Of a stretch of DNA of 64,000 nucleotides, positions 10,070-24,516 are shown one piece after another. The stretch is from Pecten maximus (lineage: Eukaryota). Where the stretch lies: contig NC_047015.1 of assembly GCF_902652985.1 (NCBI RefSeq), forward strand, positions 45,818,001 to 45,882,000. The letters run 5' to 3'. Each line of letters opens with the position of its first letter. The first letter of the stretch is position 1. A program made the position numbers and the translations under genes. The notes under the pieces are model-generated. The model was not told where the DNA came from. It did no database searches and worked only from the letters and a program-made list of their open reading frames with translations.

Positions 10070-13000
10070 CATTTACCTACAGCATGTGACATGCTCTAAC
10101 TGTCATTTACCTACAACATGTGCCATGCTCTAACTGTCATTTACCTACAGTATGTAACCTGCTCTAGCCGCCATTTATCGCGGCAAGTAACCTGTTCAAG
10201 CTGTCATCTACCTGCAGCAAATGAACTGCTGTAACTACCACTTACATACAACATGTGACCTACTCTAGCTGTCATATACCTGCAGCATGTGACCTACTCT
10301 AACTGCCACCTACCTACAATATGTGACCTACTCTAACTTCCACCTACCAACAGCATGTGACCTGTTCTAGCTGCCATTTACCTACAGCATGTGACCTACT
10401 CTAACTGCCACTTACGTACAGCATGTGACCTACTCTAGCTGTCATTTACCTACAGCATGTGACCTACTCTAACTGCCACTTACCTACAGCATGTGACCTG
10501 TTCTAGCTGTCATTTACCTGCAGCATTTGACCTACTCTAACTGCCACTTACCTACAGTATGTGACCTACTCTAGCTGTCATTTACCTGCAGCATGTGACC
10601 TGTTCTAGCTGCCATTTACCTACAGCATGTGACATGTTTTAGCTGTCATTTACCTGCAGCATGTGACCTACTTTAGCTGTCATTTACCTGCAGCATGTGA
10701 CCTACTCTAGCTGTCATTTACCTGCAGCATGTGACCTACTCCAGCTGCCATTTACCTGCAGCATGTGACCTACTCCAGCTGCCATTTACCTACAGCATGT
10801 GACCTACTCCAGCTGCCATTTACCTACAGCATGTGACCTACTCTAACTGCCACTTTTATGCATGTGACCTACTCCAGCTGCCACTTACCTACAGCATGTG
10901 ACCTACTCCAGCTGCCACTTACCCGCGGCATGTAACCTACTCCAGCTGCCATTTACCCGCGGCATGTGACCTACTCCAGCTGCCATTTACCTACAGCATG
11001 TGACCTGTTCTAGCTGCCACTTACCTACAGCATGTGACCTACTCTAGCTGCCACTTACCTACAGCATGTGACCTACTCCAGCTGCCATTTACCTGCAACA
11101 TGTGACCTACTCCAGCTGCCACTTACCTACAACATGTGACCTACTCCAGCTGCCATTTACCTGCAGCATGTGACCTACTCCAGCTGCCTTTTACCTACAG
11201 CATGTGACCTACTCTAACTGCCACCTACCTACAGCATGTGATCTACTCCAGTTGCCATTTACCTGCAGCATGTGACCTACTCCAGCTGCCTTTTACCTAC
11301 AGCATGTGACCTACTCTAACTGCCACTTACCTACAGCATGTGACCTGTTCTAGCTGTCATTTACCTGCAGCATTTGACCTACTCTAACTGCCACTTACCT
11401 ACAGCATGTGACCTACTCTAGCTGTCATTTACCTGCAGCATGTGACCTACTCTAGCTGTCATTTACCTACAGCATGTGACCTACTCCAGCTGCCACTTAC
11501 CTACAGCATGTGACCTGTTCTAGCTGCCACTTACCTACAGCATGTGACCTACTCCAGCTGCCACTTATCCGCGGCATGTGACATACTCCAGCTGCCACTT
11601 ACCTGCAACATGTGACCTACTCCAGCTGCCATTTACCTGCAACATGTGACCTACTCCAGCTGCCATTTACCTGCAGCATGTGACCTACTCCAGCTGCCAT
11701 TTACCTGCAACATGTGACCTAATCCAGCTGCCACTTACCTACAGCATGTGACCTACTCCAGCTGCCTTTTACCTACAGCATGTGACCTACTCTAGCTGTC
11801 ATTTACCTGCAACATGTGACCTACTCCAGCTGCCTTTTACCTACAGCATGTGACATGCTCTAACTGTCATTTACCTACAACATGTGCCATGCTCTAACTG
11901 TCATTTACCTACAGTATGTAACCTGCTCTAGCCGCCATTTATCGCGGCAAGTAACCTGTTCAAGCTGTCATCTACCTGCAGCAAATGAACTGCTGTAACT
12001 ACCACTTACATACAACATGTGACCTACTCTAGCTGTCATATACCTGCAGCATGTGACCTACTCTAACTGCCACCTACCTACAATATGTGACCTACTCTAA
12101 CTTCCACCTACCAACAGCATGTGACCTGTTCTAGCTGCCATTTACCTACAGCATGTGACCTACTCTAACTGCCACTTACGTACAGCATGTGACCTACTCT
12201 AGCTGTCATTTACCTACAGCATGTGACCTACTCTAACTGCCACTTACCTACAGCATGTGACCTGTTCTAGCTGTCATTTACCTGCAGCATTTGACCTACT
12301 CTAACTGCCACTTACCTACAGCATGTGACCTACTCTAGCTGTCATTTACCTGCAGCATGTGACCTGTTCTAGCTGCCATTTACCTACAGCATGTGACATG
12401 TTTTAGCTGTCATTTACCTGCAGCATGTGACCTACTTTAGCTGTCATTTACCTGCAGCATGTGACCTACTCTAGCTGTCATTTACTTGCAGCATGTGACC
12501 TACTCCAGCTGCCATTTACCTGCAGCATGTGACCTACTCCAGCTGCCATTTACCTACAGCATGTGACCTACTCCAGCTGCCATTTACCTACAGCATGTGA
12601 CCTACTCTAACTGCCACTTTTATGCATGTGACCTACTCCAGCTGCCACTTACCTACAGCATGTGACCTACTCCAGCTGCCACTTACCCGCGGCATGTAAC
12701 CTACTCCAGCTGCCATTTACCCGCGGCATGTGACCTACTCCAGCTGCCATTTACCTACAGCATGTGACCTGTTCTAGCTGCCACTTACCTACAGCATGTG
12801 ACCTACTCTAGCTGCCACTTACCTACAACATGTGACCTACTCCAGCTGCCATTTACCTGCAACATGTGACCTACTCCAGCTGCCACTTACCTACAACATG
12901 TGACCTACTCCAGCTGCCATTTACCTGCAGCATGTGACCTACTCCAGCTGCCTTTTACCTACAGCATGTGACCTACTCTAACTGCCACCTACCTACAGCA

Positions 13001-14350
13001 TGTGATCTACTCCAGTTGCCATTTACCTGCAGCATGTGACCTACTCCAGCTGCCTTTTACCTACAGCATGTGACCTACTCTAACTGCCACTTACCTACAG
13101 CATGTGACCTGTTCTAGCTGTCATTTACCTGCAGCATTTGACCTACTCTAACTGCCACTTACCTACAGCATGTGACCTACTCTAGCTGTCATTTACCTGC
13201 AGCATGTGACCTACTCTAGCTGTCATTTACCTACAGCATGTGACCTACTCCAGCTGCCACTTACCTACAGCATGTGACCTGTTCTAGCTGCCACTTACCT
13301 ACAGCATGTGACCTACTCCAGCTGCCACTTATCCGCGGCATGTGACATACTCCAGCTGCCACTTACCTGCAACATGTGACCTACTCCAGCTGCCATTTAC
13401 CTGCAACATGTGACCTACTCCAGCTGCCATTTACCTGCAGCATGTGACCTACTCCAGCTGCCATTTACCTGCAACATGTGACCTAATCCAGCTGCCACTT
13501 ACCTACAGCATGTGACCTACTCCAGCTGCCTTTTACCTACAGCATGTGACCTACTCTAGCTGTCATTTACCTGCAACATGTGACCTACTCCAGCTGCCTT
13601 TTACCTACAGCATGTGACCTACTCTAACTACCACTTACCTACAACATGTGCCTACTCTAGCTGTCATTTACCTGCAGCATGTGACCTACTCCAGCTGCCA
13701 CTTACCTGCAGCATGTGACCTACTCCAGCTGCCACTTACCTGCAGCATGTGACCTACTCTAACTGCCACTTACCTACAGCATGTGACCTACTCTAGCTGT
13801 CATTTACCTGCAGCATGTGACCTACTCTAGCTGTCATTTACCTTCAGCATGTGACCTACTCTAGCTGTCATTTACCTGCAGCATGTGACTTACTCTAACT
13901 GCCACTTACCTACAGCATATGACCTACTCCAGCTGCCACTTACCCGCGGCATGTAACCTACTCCAGCTGCCATTTACCCGCGGCATGTGACCTACTCCAG
14001 CTGCCATTTACCTACAGCATGTGACCTACTCTAACTGTCATTTACCTACAGCATGTGACCTACTCCAGCTGCCATTTACCTACAGCATATGACCTACTCT
14101 AACTACCACTTACCAGCGGCATGTGACCTGCTCCAGCTGCCATTTACCTACAGCATGTGACCTACTCCAGCTGCCATTTACCCGCGGCATGTGACCTATT
14201 CCAGCTGCCACTTACCCGCGGCATGTGACCTATTCCAGCTGCCATTTACCTACAGCATGTGACCTACTCCAGCTGCCATTTACCTACAGCATGTGACCTA
14301 CTCCAGCTGCCACTTACCCGCAGTAAGTAACCTGATAATATACCTACAGC
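10070..14350. repeat. 31-bp minisatellite (consensus tttacctacagcatgtgacctactccagctgcca-like), ~135 copies, with a 1764-bp internal duplication
   Basis: Direct reading. The rare-variant pattern at 10081 recurs at 11845, and 11821 recurs at 13585. Confidence 0.93.
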
Positions 14351-14623
14351 ATGTAAAGATTGCCTGTATTATGGAGTGTGTGGTGATATCGAGTTGACTT
14401 CGTGTTATCATTGTTCAGACTACCATTTACCGGCAGCAAGTGACATGTTCTAGCTGTCATTCGCCTGCAGAATGCACACTGCAGCATGTTTACCTCGTAT
14501 TTGTTCAATTCATTTTTACGTTATTTAAAATGGTCTAACAAATGTAAGATGGATCAATCTACATGTATCACTATTCTACATTGTTAGAGATACACATAAG
14601 TGGGTATACATCATCATAAATAG

Positions 14624-15580
14624 TTCACTTCAATTTCAATTTATTTATTCCAAATGCAACACAGCATATAGGATAACACAATATTCATATATATGTATAC
14701 ATATTGCAACTTGAATGACAAGATGGCGGAGGGCCCAACACAGGCAATATACTTACGACACATAATAATGAATAACATAATGATTTTGAAAACTTGTAAC
14801 TGATGCATAACAATTACAGCGTTTACGTATTGCATGCCTATGACGTCATGACAGTATGACGACATAATTTAAACATGTACTATTCAATATAAATAACATA
14901 CTTTCTAAATATATACAAGAACACTATGTATGAAAACTGTGATCATAATTTCCAAAACGTTAATTTAATTACTTACAAGGAGAGTTTTTCTTTCTGCAGT
15001 GGCATGTAACAAAAATTTACCCAATCTATTCAAAGTTTTAACACTTTTACTGGAAAATAATTCTATCAGTTTATAAACACTTGGACGAGAATAATAATAC
15101 TTTTTGATGTATGTTTTTCTTAGTTCAGAATATGCAGGACAAAGAAGCACAAAATGTACTTCGTCCTCGACGTCATTTTTGTCACAAACTGTGCAAACTC
15201 TTTGACTTCTAGGTATTTTATTGTAGCGCCCAGATTCAATATTTAGACTGTGTCCTTGCATACGGAATTGACTCAATAACTTTTTAAATTTATAATTAAT
15301 TGGCTTAACAAGATAAAATTGAGTATTGAAGGTATCCACAATATGTTTGTATAAATAACATTTCGACGATATATCAAACGCACTGCGTAATTCTTGAATA
15401 AATACATCATGAACACGCTGGACATATACTTGCATAAAATGACTTTCATTTAAAACGTATTGGCTGTTCCAAATATAACCAAAACCTAAACTACAAAGCT
15501 CATTTTTAATATGATAAACCCAATTACTTTTACAATTAGGTTTTTTATTATGCAATTCGACAAGTGCGTCATAACATGAC
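14624..15580 (-). mobile_element. 3' end of a non-LTR retrotransposon (RTE-X-like) with C-terminal Cys/His motif and (TTGAA)n-like tail
   Basis: ORF 14965-15555: FRMQGHSLNIESGRY..IPRSQRVCTVC....VEDEVHFVLLCPAY. Minus-strand 3' end reads aataaattgaaattgaagtgaa. Confidence 0.8.
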
Positions 15581-15624
15581 TAGGTGTCTCGCATAGCAAC
15601 AGGAAAATTGAAACGAGGTATCTC

Positions 15625-17395
15625 ACACACTAACAGGTAAACACCGGTGAACACACACTAACAGGTAAACACCAGGTGTACACACACTAACAGGTAAACA
15701 CCAGGTGTACACACACTAACAGGTAAACACCAGGTGAACACACACTAACAGGTGAACACACACTAACAGGTAAACACCAGGTGAACACACACTAACAGGT
15801 AAACACCAGGTGTACACACTCTAACAGGTAAACACCAGGTGTACACACACTAACAGGTAAACACCAGGTGAACACACACTAACAGGTAAACACCAGGTGA
15901 ACACACACTAACAGGTAAACACCGGTGAGCACACCCTAACAGGTAAACACCGGTGCACACACACTAACAGGTAAACACCAGGTGTACACACACTAACAGG
16001 TAAACACCAGGTGTACACACACTAACAGGTAAACACCAGGTGTACACACACTAACAGGTAAACACCAGGTGAACACACACTAACAGGTAAACACCGGTGA
16101 GCACACACTAACAGGTAAACGCAGGTGAATACACACTAACAGGTAAACACCAGAGGTGAACACACACTAACAGGTGAACACACACTAACAGGTAAACACC
16201 AGGTGAACACACACTAACAGGTAAACACCGGTGAACACACACTAACAGGTAAACGCAGGTGAATACACACTAACAGGTAAACACCAGAGGTGAACACACA
16301 CTAACAGGTGAACACACACTAACAGGTAAACACCAGGTGAACACACACTAACAGGTGAACACACACTAACAGGTAAACACCAGGTGAACACACACTAACA
16401 GGTTAACACCGGTGAACACACACTAACAGGTAAACACCGGTGAACACACACTAGCAGGTGAACACCAGGTTAACACACACTAACAGGTAAACACCGGTGT
16501 ACACACACTAACAGGTAAACACAGGTGTACACACACTAACAGGTAAACACAGGTGTACACACACTAACAGGTGAACAGGTAAACACCGGCGAACACACAC
16601 TAACAGGTAAACACCGGTGAACACACACTAACAGGTAAACACACACTAACAGGTAAACACCGGTGAACACCAGGTGAACACACACTGACAGGTGAACACA
16701 CACTAACAGGTAAACACAGGTGAACACCAGGTGAGCACACACTAACAGGTGAACAAACACTAACAGGTTAACGCCGGTGAACACCAAGTGTACACACACT
16801 AACAGGTAAACACCGGTGAACACCAGGTGAACACACACTGACAGGTGAACACTGGTGAACACCAGGTGTATACACACTGAAAGGTGAACACCTGTGAACA
16901 CCAGGTGTACATACACGAACAAGTGAACACACACTAACAGGTAAACGCCGGTGAACACCAGGTGTACACACACTAACAGGTGAACACACACTAACAGGTA
17001 AACGCCGGTGAACACCAGGTGTACACACACTAACAGGTGAACACACACTAACAGGTAAACGCCGGTGAACACCAAGTGTACACACACTTACAGGTGAACA
17101 CACACTAACAGGTAAACGCCGGTGAACACCAAGTGTACACACACTAACAGGTGAACACCAGGTGAACACACACTAACAGGTAAACGCCGGTGAACACATA
17201 CTAACAGGTAAACGCCGGTGAACACCAGGTGAACACACATTAGGCCTAACAGGTGAACACCGGTGAACACACACTAACAGGTAAACGCCGGTGAACACCA
17301 GGTGTACACACACCAGGCCTAACAGGTGAACACCGGTGAACACACACTAACAGGTAAACGCCGGTGAACACCAGGTGTACACACACAAACAGGTA
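15625..17395. repeat. Modular ~16-28-bp minisatellite (acacacactaacaggtaaacaccaggtg)
   Basis: Direct reading; the V/C/H/L-rich minus-strand ORFs are repeat artefacts. Confidence 0.95.
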
Positions 17396-18971
17396 AGCTG
17401 GTTTCCTTTATCGGATTGTACGTTACGGTAAATGTGCTAGTAAGTGAAATGCTGACTGGTAGCAGCAAGGACAAGCTGTTGCATGATATCCACTGCAATG
17501 AGATAGAAGGATAATTACGTGTGACATTGATTTTATGATTATCCCGCACAGGGTCACAGTGAGGCCCATGCACAGTCTTACACTGGACGGCGGGGCCGCT
17601 GGTGTGTCAACACCGACCGGTGCATAAATTACAGTATTTAGGAGAAAAGTGGGTTTGTGTGATTGTGCGCCTGCAAAACGTCGGCCTCAATTCTAGTCAT
17701 TGTCCGTCTCGGCGTCATCGATCGAACGTCAATACAGACAAATCGCAGTCATGGCGTCAACATGGTGGACGAAGGTAGGTGGCAAGCGTTTTTGTTTCCG
17801 TCATGCATCTCTCAATATTTATTGTCAATACAGACTACACATCATATCGTAGAATATGGTCGATCTGCTTTCCTACAATGGACTCGTATTTAATCATAAA
17901 CAGACACAATATGGAGACATTTGCATTACATGTGGACAGCTTATCATCAGGGGCTGTCATATAGTAATGCGCGACTGTGTATGGAAAAGATTATCAGATA
18001 ACCGTAGCGGAAGAGCAAGACTACATCTCTTGTTGATGGCTAGCGAATGTCTTTATTCTATTGCTGATATCTACTAAGATTCATATCGGCATAGATTGGC
18101 GGCTTCGCCTTTTTCCAACGAGCCATTATTTTTCGTCTTTTGGTTGTAATGTGATCGCGTATGGAATGTGTTAACATGTAAGATATGTTGATGCATTTTG
18201 ACCTGTTGCTTATTTATGCTAATTCGTCTTCATCTCGTAGATTAACATTGAGCATGCGTATACGAAATCAAACGCGCTCGTGATCGAATTCTTCTGAAGA
18301 TTCCAGGGACAAGTAGGCCTACTTCCGACTGGATTGTTTCTGCATGTTTTCGTGGCCGACTTGTTATTAGAAGCCTACAGTGACAAAAGCATGGCACATA
18401 TCGACCAGTATACATTATAGACTTAACGTAATCATTTCTTTTAGTATCATTATATTTGATTTTGCTGTTGTTGTTTTGGCTTTTTTATAGTTTTTTTTTC
18501 AGTATGACTTACAAGATTTAAATGATAGACTTTTTCCGTTAGATTATAACATTTTTAATGCTTAATGGAACGAAAATGTATTGCAAAGAGGTGACATTCC
18601 CTCCTGAATAAATGAAAGAATTGCTTCCTTTTCTAATGCTTATCGAGAATTTAAATTATAATGACACAAACTGTCTAGACTGCACTACAACTCGCCTCGC
18701 GCAGTGATATAGTTTGAGATGATTTTGTTCTTTACTTATACATAGGTAGGACAAAAACATGAAACACGTGTGGCAATGAGTTTAAGATGTATACCACAAA
18801 TCCAAGTATATTTTACAGTAACATATCCTTATTGCTCAATAATTCAAACAATCAAACATAGCATTGGACACACGTGTAAATAGAAAATCATTCAGTAGTC
18901 TATTTTTAATCTGATTGGCTGATGAAATGAAATTTGGTATTTTCATCTGAAGTCCATGTATAACACTTGAT

Positions 18972-19052
18972 TGTCTCTTTACTACCTATCTGGTCTACCT
19001 GACATCGGTGTGTCTCTTTACTACCTATCTGGTCTACCTGACATCGGTGTGT
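18972..19052. repeat. 39-bp tandem duplication
   Basis: tgtctctttactacctatctggtctacctgacatcggtg occurs twice. Confidence 0.85.
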
Positions 19053-19159
19053 ATAAATGTTTCCGTCTCTTGGCCACCTTAATTCATCATAGATGTTTGC
19101 GTCCTTTCATTTCTATTAGGTTAAAACTTTAAAACTCACAAAACAAAAGGTCTTTTATA

Positions 19160-21390
19160 AGGTTACACCACGTGTAATATATATACCATGTACACCACGT
19201 GTTGTAATACCGTCTCGTGTACCATGTACAAATCGTGTTGTTACCATGTACAAATCGTGTTGGTAATACCGCCTCATGTATCATCAACACCACGTGTTAT
19301 AATACCGTCTCGTGTACCATGTACAAATCGTGTTAGCAATACCGCCTCATGTACCATGTACACCACGTGTTATAATACCGTCTCATGTACCATGTACAAA
19401 TAACGTTAGCAATACCGCCTCATGTACCATGTACAAATCGTGTTGTTACCATGTACAAATCGTGTTGGTAATACCGCCTCATGTATCATCAACACCACGT
19501 GTTATAATACCGCCTCATGTATCATGTACACCACGTGTTCAATACCGTCTCATGTACCATGTACAAATCGTGTTAGCAATACCGCCTCATGTACCATGTA
19601 CACCACGTGTTCAATACCGTCTCGTGTACCATGTACAACTCGTGTTAGCAATACCGCCTCATGTACCATGTACACCACGTGTTGGTAATACCGCCTCATG
19701 TATCATCAATACCACGTGTTATAATACCGTCTCATGTACCATGTACAAAACGTGTTAGCTATACCGTCTCGTGTACCATGTACAAATAGTGTTAGCAATA
19801 CCGTCTCGTGTACCATGTACACCACGTGTTGGTAATACCGTTTCATGTACCATGTACAAATGTACAAATAGTGTTAGCAATACCGTCTCGTGTACCATGT
19901 ACACCACGTGTTATAATACCGTCTCGTGTACCATGTACAAATAGTGTTAGCAATACCGTCTCGTGTACCATGTACACCACGTGTTGGTAATACCGTTTCA
20001 TGTACCATGTAAAAATAGTGTTAGCAATACCGTCTCATGTACCATGTACAAAACGTGTTAGCTATACCGTCTCGTGTACCATGTACAAATAGTGTTAGCA
20101 ATACCGTCTCGTGTACCATGTACACCACGTGTTATGATACCGTCTCGTGTACCATGTACAAATAGTGTTAGCAATACCGTCTCGTGTACCATGTACACCA
20201 CGTGTTATGATACCGTCTCGTGTACCATGTACAAATAGTGTTAGCAATACCGTCTCGTGTACCATGTACACCACGTGTTGATAATACCGTCTCGTGTATC
20301 ATGTACAAATAGTGTTAGCAATACCGTCTCGTGTACCATGTACACCACGTGTTGATAATACCGTCTCGTGTACCGTGTACAAATCGTGTAAGCAATACCG
20401 TCTCGTGTAGCATGTACACCACGTGTTGATAATACCAACTCGTGTACCATGTACAAATAGTGTTAGCAATACCGTCTCATGTGCCATAAACATCACGTGT
20501 CGGTAATACCGTCTCGTGTACCATGTACAAATAGTGTTAGCAATACCGTCTCATGTGCCATAAACATCACGTGTCGGTAATACCGTCTAATATGCCACGA
20601 ACACCACGTGTTGGTAATACCCCCTCATGTAACATGTACACCACGTGTCGGTAATACCCCCTCATGTACCATGTACACCATGTGTTGGTAATACCCCCTC
20701 ATGTACCATGCACACCACGTGTTGGTAATACCCCCTCATGTACCATGTACACCATGTGTTGGTAATACCCCCTCATGTACCATGCACACCACGTGTTGGT
20801 AATACCCCCTCATGCACCATGTACACCATGTGTTGGTAATACCCCCTCATGTACCATGCACACCACGTGTTGGTAATACCCCCTCATGTACCACGAACAC
20901 CACGTGTTGGTAATACCCCCTCATGCACCATGTACACCATGTGTTGGTAATACCCCCTCATGTACTACGAACACCACGTGTTGGTAATACCCCCTCATGT
21001 ACCATGTACACCATGTGTTGGTAATACCCCCTCATGTAACATGTACACCACGTGTCGGTAATACCCCCTCATGCACCATGTACACCATGTGTTGGTAATA
21101 CCCCCTCATGTAACATGTACACCACGTGTCGGTAATACCCCCTCATGCACCATGTACACCATGTGTTGGTAATACCCCCTCATGTAACATGTACACCACG
21201 TGTTGGTAATACCCCCTCATGCACCATGTACACCATGTGTTGGTAATACCCCCTCATGCACCATGTACACCATGTGTTGGTAATACCCCCTCATGTACCA
21301 TGCACACCACGTGTTGGTAATACCCCCTCATGTAACATGTACACCACGTGTCGGTAATACCCCCTCATGCACCATGTACACCATGTGCTT
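19160..21390. repeat. 37-bp minisatellite (aataccgtctcgtgtaccatgtacaccacgtgttggt) with an alternating-dimer middle block and a homogenised aataccccctc right-hand block
   Basis: Direct reading. Confidence 0.95.
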
Positions 21391-22399
21391 GTAATGACGT
21401 TGGTAAATACAATGTACGTCAGCATGTCTGAGATTTAAATCTTTTTGAAATGGTTCACTCATCAAGGTGGATACAACTCCAGCCTCTTAATCCAAAACCG
21501 GGTGAACAGTATTCAACCAACTTTCCTCTCAGTCCCGTAGAATGAAAATATACATTGACCTTTGTACCACTGCAGCACTTACGTTATATTCAAACTGAAA
21601 TTTACTCGGTCATCTGGTGTTCATTCCGGTAAGTACATGTACCTCACAAAACTTGAATTTCCCTGGCTTAAACATCAAATGAACAGTTTTGTTAATTTAG
21701 TGAGATTAACTACAACGTTCTGACAATGAACCATGACAAATCCTAGAATTTGAATGAATAGGATAATGAAACATTGTATAACAATATCAAGCATACAGCG
21801 TCAGTAAGAATTATATTTAATTAAGCGATATTCGATATTTTATTGGATACTCAGACAGTTGATATTTACAGTTTTACAACCGAATTCGTGTTGTGCTTGT
21901 ATTTTTGTTACTGTACGTCATGTCACCAGAGCCGTTTATTGACATATTCGATGGTATAGGATTCGGCGTGTACGATGTATACATATCGGGAAGAGCCTGA
22001 AGCCTAGCACACAAATCTCTATCGTTCATTAGCGTGGAGATTTCATACTCTCTCACCGAAAATCAATATCACCTTTCGCAGATTCTCGACAGATTTATTG
22101 GTAATGCTGGGTGTACCGTTGACAGCCACCTGAGGTGACCATGGCCACCTCGAGAGTATCTCGTGTCGAGTGTACTGATGACGTCATGGAATCGCTGTTA
22201 ACGACCTTTCGGGCGCCAAATGCCCATTACTGTATGTTGGAGACCGGTGGGCAATGTTGATAAATATCTTTTATTGTCCTCAGAAGATTGGACAGAATTG
22301 TGCACAGAATGAACCGCCGTTTATGTTTTTTCCCCCAACTAATGATTGTATTTATATGTAACTAGACACAATACCGACTGTCAATTAAGCAACGTAGTC

Positions 22400-23640
22400 T
22401 CGTTAATACAGGACCCGTGACCTTATTAATACAGGACCCGTGACCTCGTTAATACAGGACCCGTGACCTTATTAATACAGGACCCGTGACCTTATTAATA
22501 CAGGACCCGTGACTCGGTTAATACAGGACCCGTGACCTTATTAATACAGGACCCGTGACCTCGTTAATACAGGACCCGTGACCTTATTAATACAGGACCC
22601 GTGAACTTATTAATACAGGACCCGTGACTCGGTTAATACAGGACCCGTGACCTTATTAATACAGGTCCCGTGACCTCGTTAATACATGACCCATGACTTG
22701 GTTAATACATGACCCGTGACTTGGTTAATACAGGACCCGTGACCTTATTAATACAGGACCCGTGACCTTATTAATACAGGACCCGTGACCTCGTCAATAC
22801 AGGACCCGTGACCTCGTTAATACAAGACCCGTGACTTGGTTAATACATGACCCGTGACTTGGTTAATACATGACCCGTGACTTGGTTAATACAGGACCCG
22901 TGACCTTATTAATACAGGACCCGTGACCTTATTAATACAGGACCCGTGACCTCGTCAATACAGGACCCGTGACCTCCTTAATACATGACCCATGACTTGG
23001 TTAATACATGACCCGTGACTTGGTTAATACAGGACCCGTGACCTTATTAATACAGGACCCGTGACCTCGTCAATACAAGACCCGTGACCTCGTTAATACA
23101 AGACCCGTGACTTGGTTAATACACGACCCGTGACTTGGTTAATACAGGACCCGTGACTTGGTTAGTACACGCCCCATGACTTGGTTAATACAGGACCCGT
23201 GACTTGGTTAATACACGACCCTTAACCTCGTTAATACACGACCCTTAACCTCGTTAATACACGACCCGTGACTTCGTTAATACAAGACCCGTGACTTGGC
23301 TAATACAGGACCCGTGACTTGGTTAATACAGGACTCATGACTTGGCTAATACAGGACCCGTGACTTGGTTAATACAGGACCCTTGACTTGGTTAATACAG
23401 GACTCATGACTTGGTTAATACAGGACCCGTGACCTCGTCAATACAGGACTCGTGACTTGGTTAATACAGGACTCGTGACTTGGTTAATACAGGACCCGTG
23501 ACTTGGTTAGTACACGACCCGTGACTTGGTTAATACTGATCCCGTGACTTGGTTAAAACAGGACTCGTGACTTTGTTAATACAGGACCCGTGACTTGCTT
23601 AATACAGGACCCGTGACTTGGTTAATACAGGACCCGTGAA
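22400..23640. repeat. 23-bp minisatellite (ttaatacaggacccgtgacttgg), ~53 copies
   Basis: Direct reading. Confidence 0.95.
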
Positions 23641-23759
23641 TTCAACTGTCAGTTTACAGCGTATCCTCGTTAATAGAGGACCCAGAAATCATAGCATGTT
23701 GTTGTACATTATTACAACGAACTTAAAATGGGAATCAGTATGTTGACATTGTTACTAGA

Positions 23760-23950
23760 ATTTTGATGTACCCGCCATAAAAAAAAGGGGGGGGGGGGGG
23801 GGGGGGGGGCATACAGTGTTACCCATGTCCGTCCCGTCTAGTCCCGTCCCGTCCAGTCCCGTCCTGGTGCAATGCAACTTGTTAATCCCAGGAACTACTG
23901 AGGTTTCGGGGTGCCAATGGCAGCGTGGCCATTTAGGTGTTGCAGACATT
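23760..23950 (+). mobile_element. HINE/DINE-1-like (Helentron non-autonomous) head fragment
   Basis: T-run, gtacccgcc...gggggcatac, then a gtccgtcccgtc microsatellite; resembles the non-autonomous Helentron head layout. Confidence 0.45.
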
Positions 23951-24516
23951 TGCTAGGCTAGTCTTTAATTGTATGGCATGTCGACAATGATAATTATCAA
24001 TTAAAGATATGAACCCCCGGCATAACTTAAGTACTGTACTTTGCTTTCACTAAAATGTGTATCACATAAGGATTATTGAACAGTAAAACTTGTGATATTC
24101 TGTAAAGCTTATTGATATGAAATTACATTTTTATTAAGATCTTTTCTTCTGATGAATCTGATGAATTTGGTGACCTATCAATGTTGATCCACTATCAATG
24201 TTGATCCCCTATCAATGTTGATCCCCTATCAATGTTGATCCCTCATCTACGACAGAACATTCCTTCGGTATTTTGATTCGTGAACATTTTATGTATTCAA
24301 AGTATTGAGATATCCTAAATACATAGCCCTGTTTATCTTACCTACACGTGATACAGTAAAATCAACATGGAAAAGGAGCATTTTTACGTGCAAATATAAG
24401 AATGTATACTTACTATTTACTTGTCTAAAACTGCATGGTCCATGCGTGTGTTTTGCAAGGAATGACATTGTTTTTTTGGTTGTTGATGTGCTTTTTCTTC
24501 TCTGTTGTAGTCACAG

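Noticed and set aside
17400-18320. CpG-rich region as SYT17 promoter or first exon; short ORFs 17663-18077
   Set aside because: Plausible, but no splice donor or homology that I can tie to SYT17 from sequence alone.
16536-20496. V/C/H-rich and TASCTMY-repeat ORFs
   Set aside because: Minisatellite translations.
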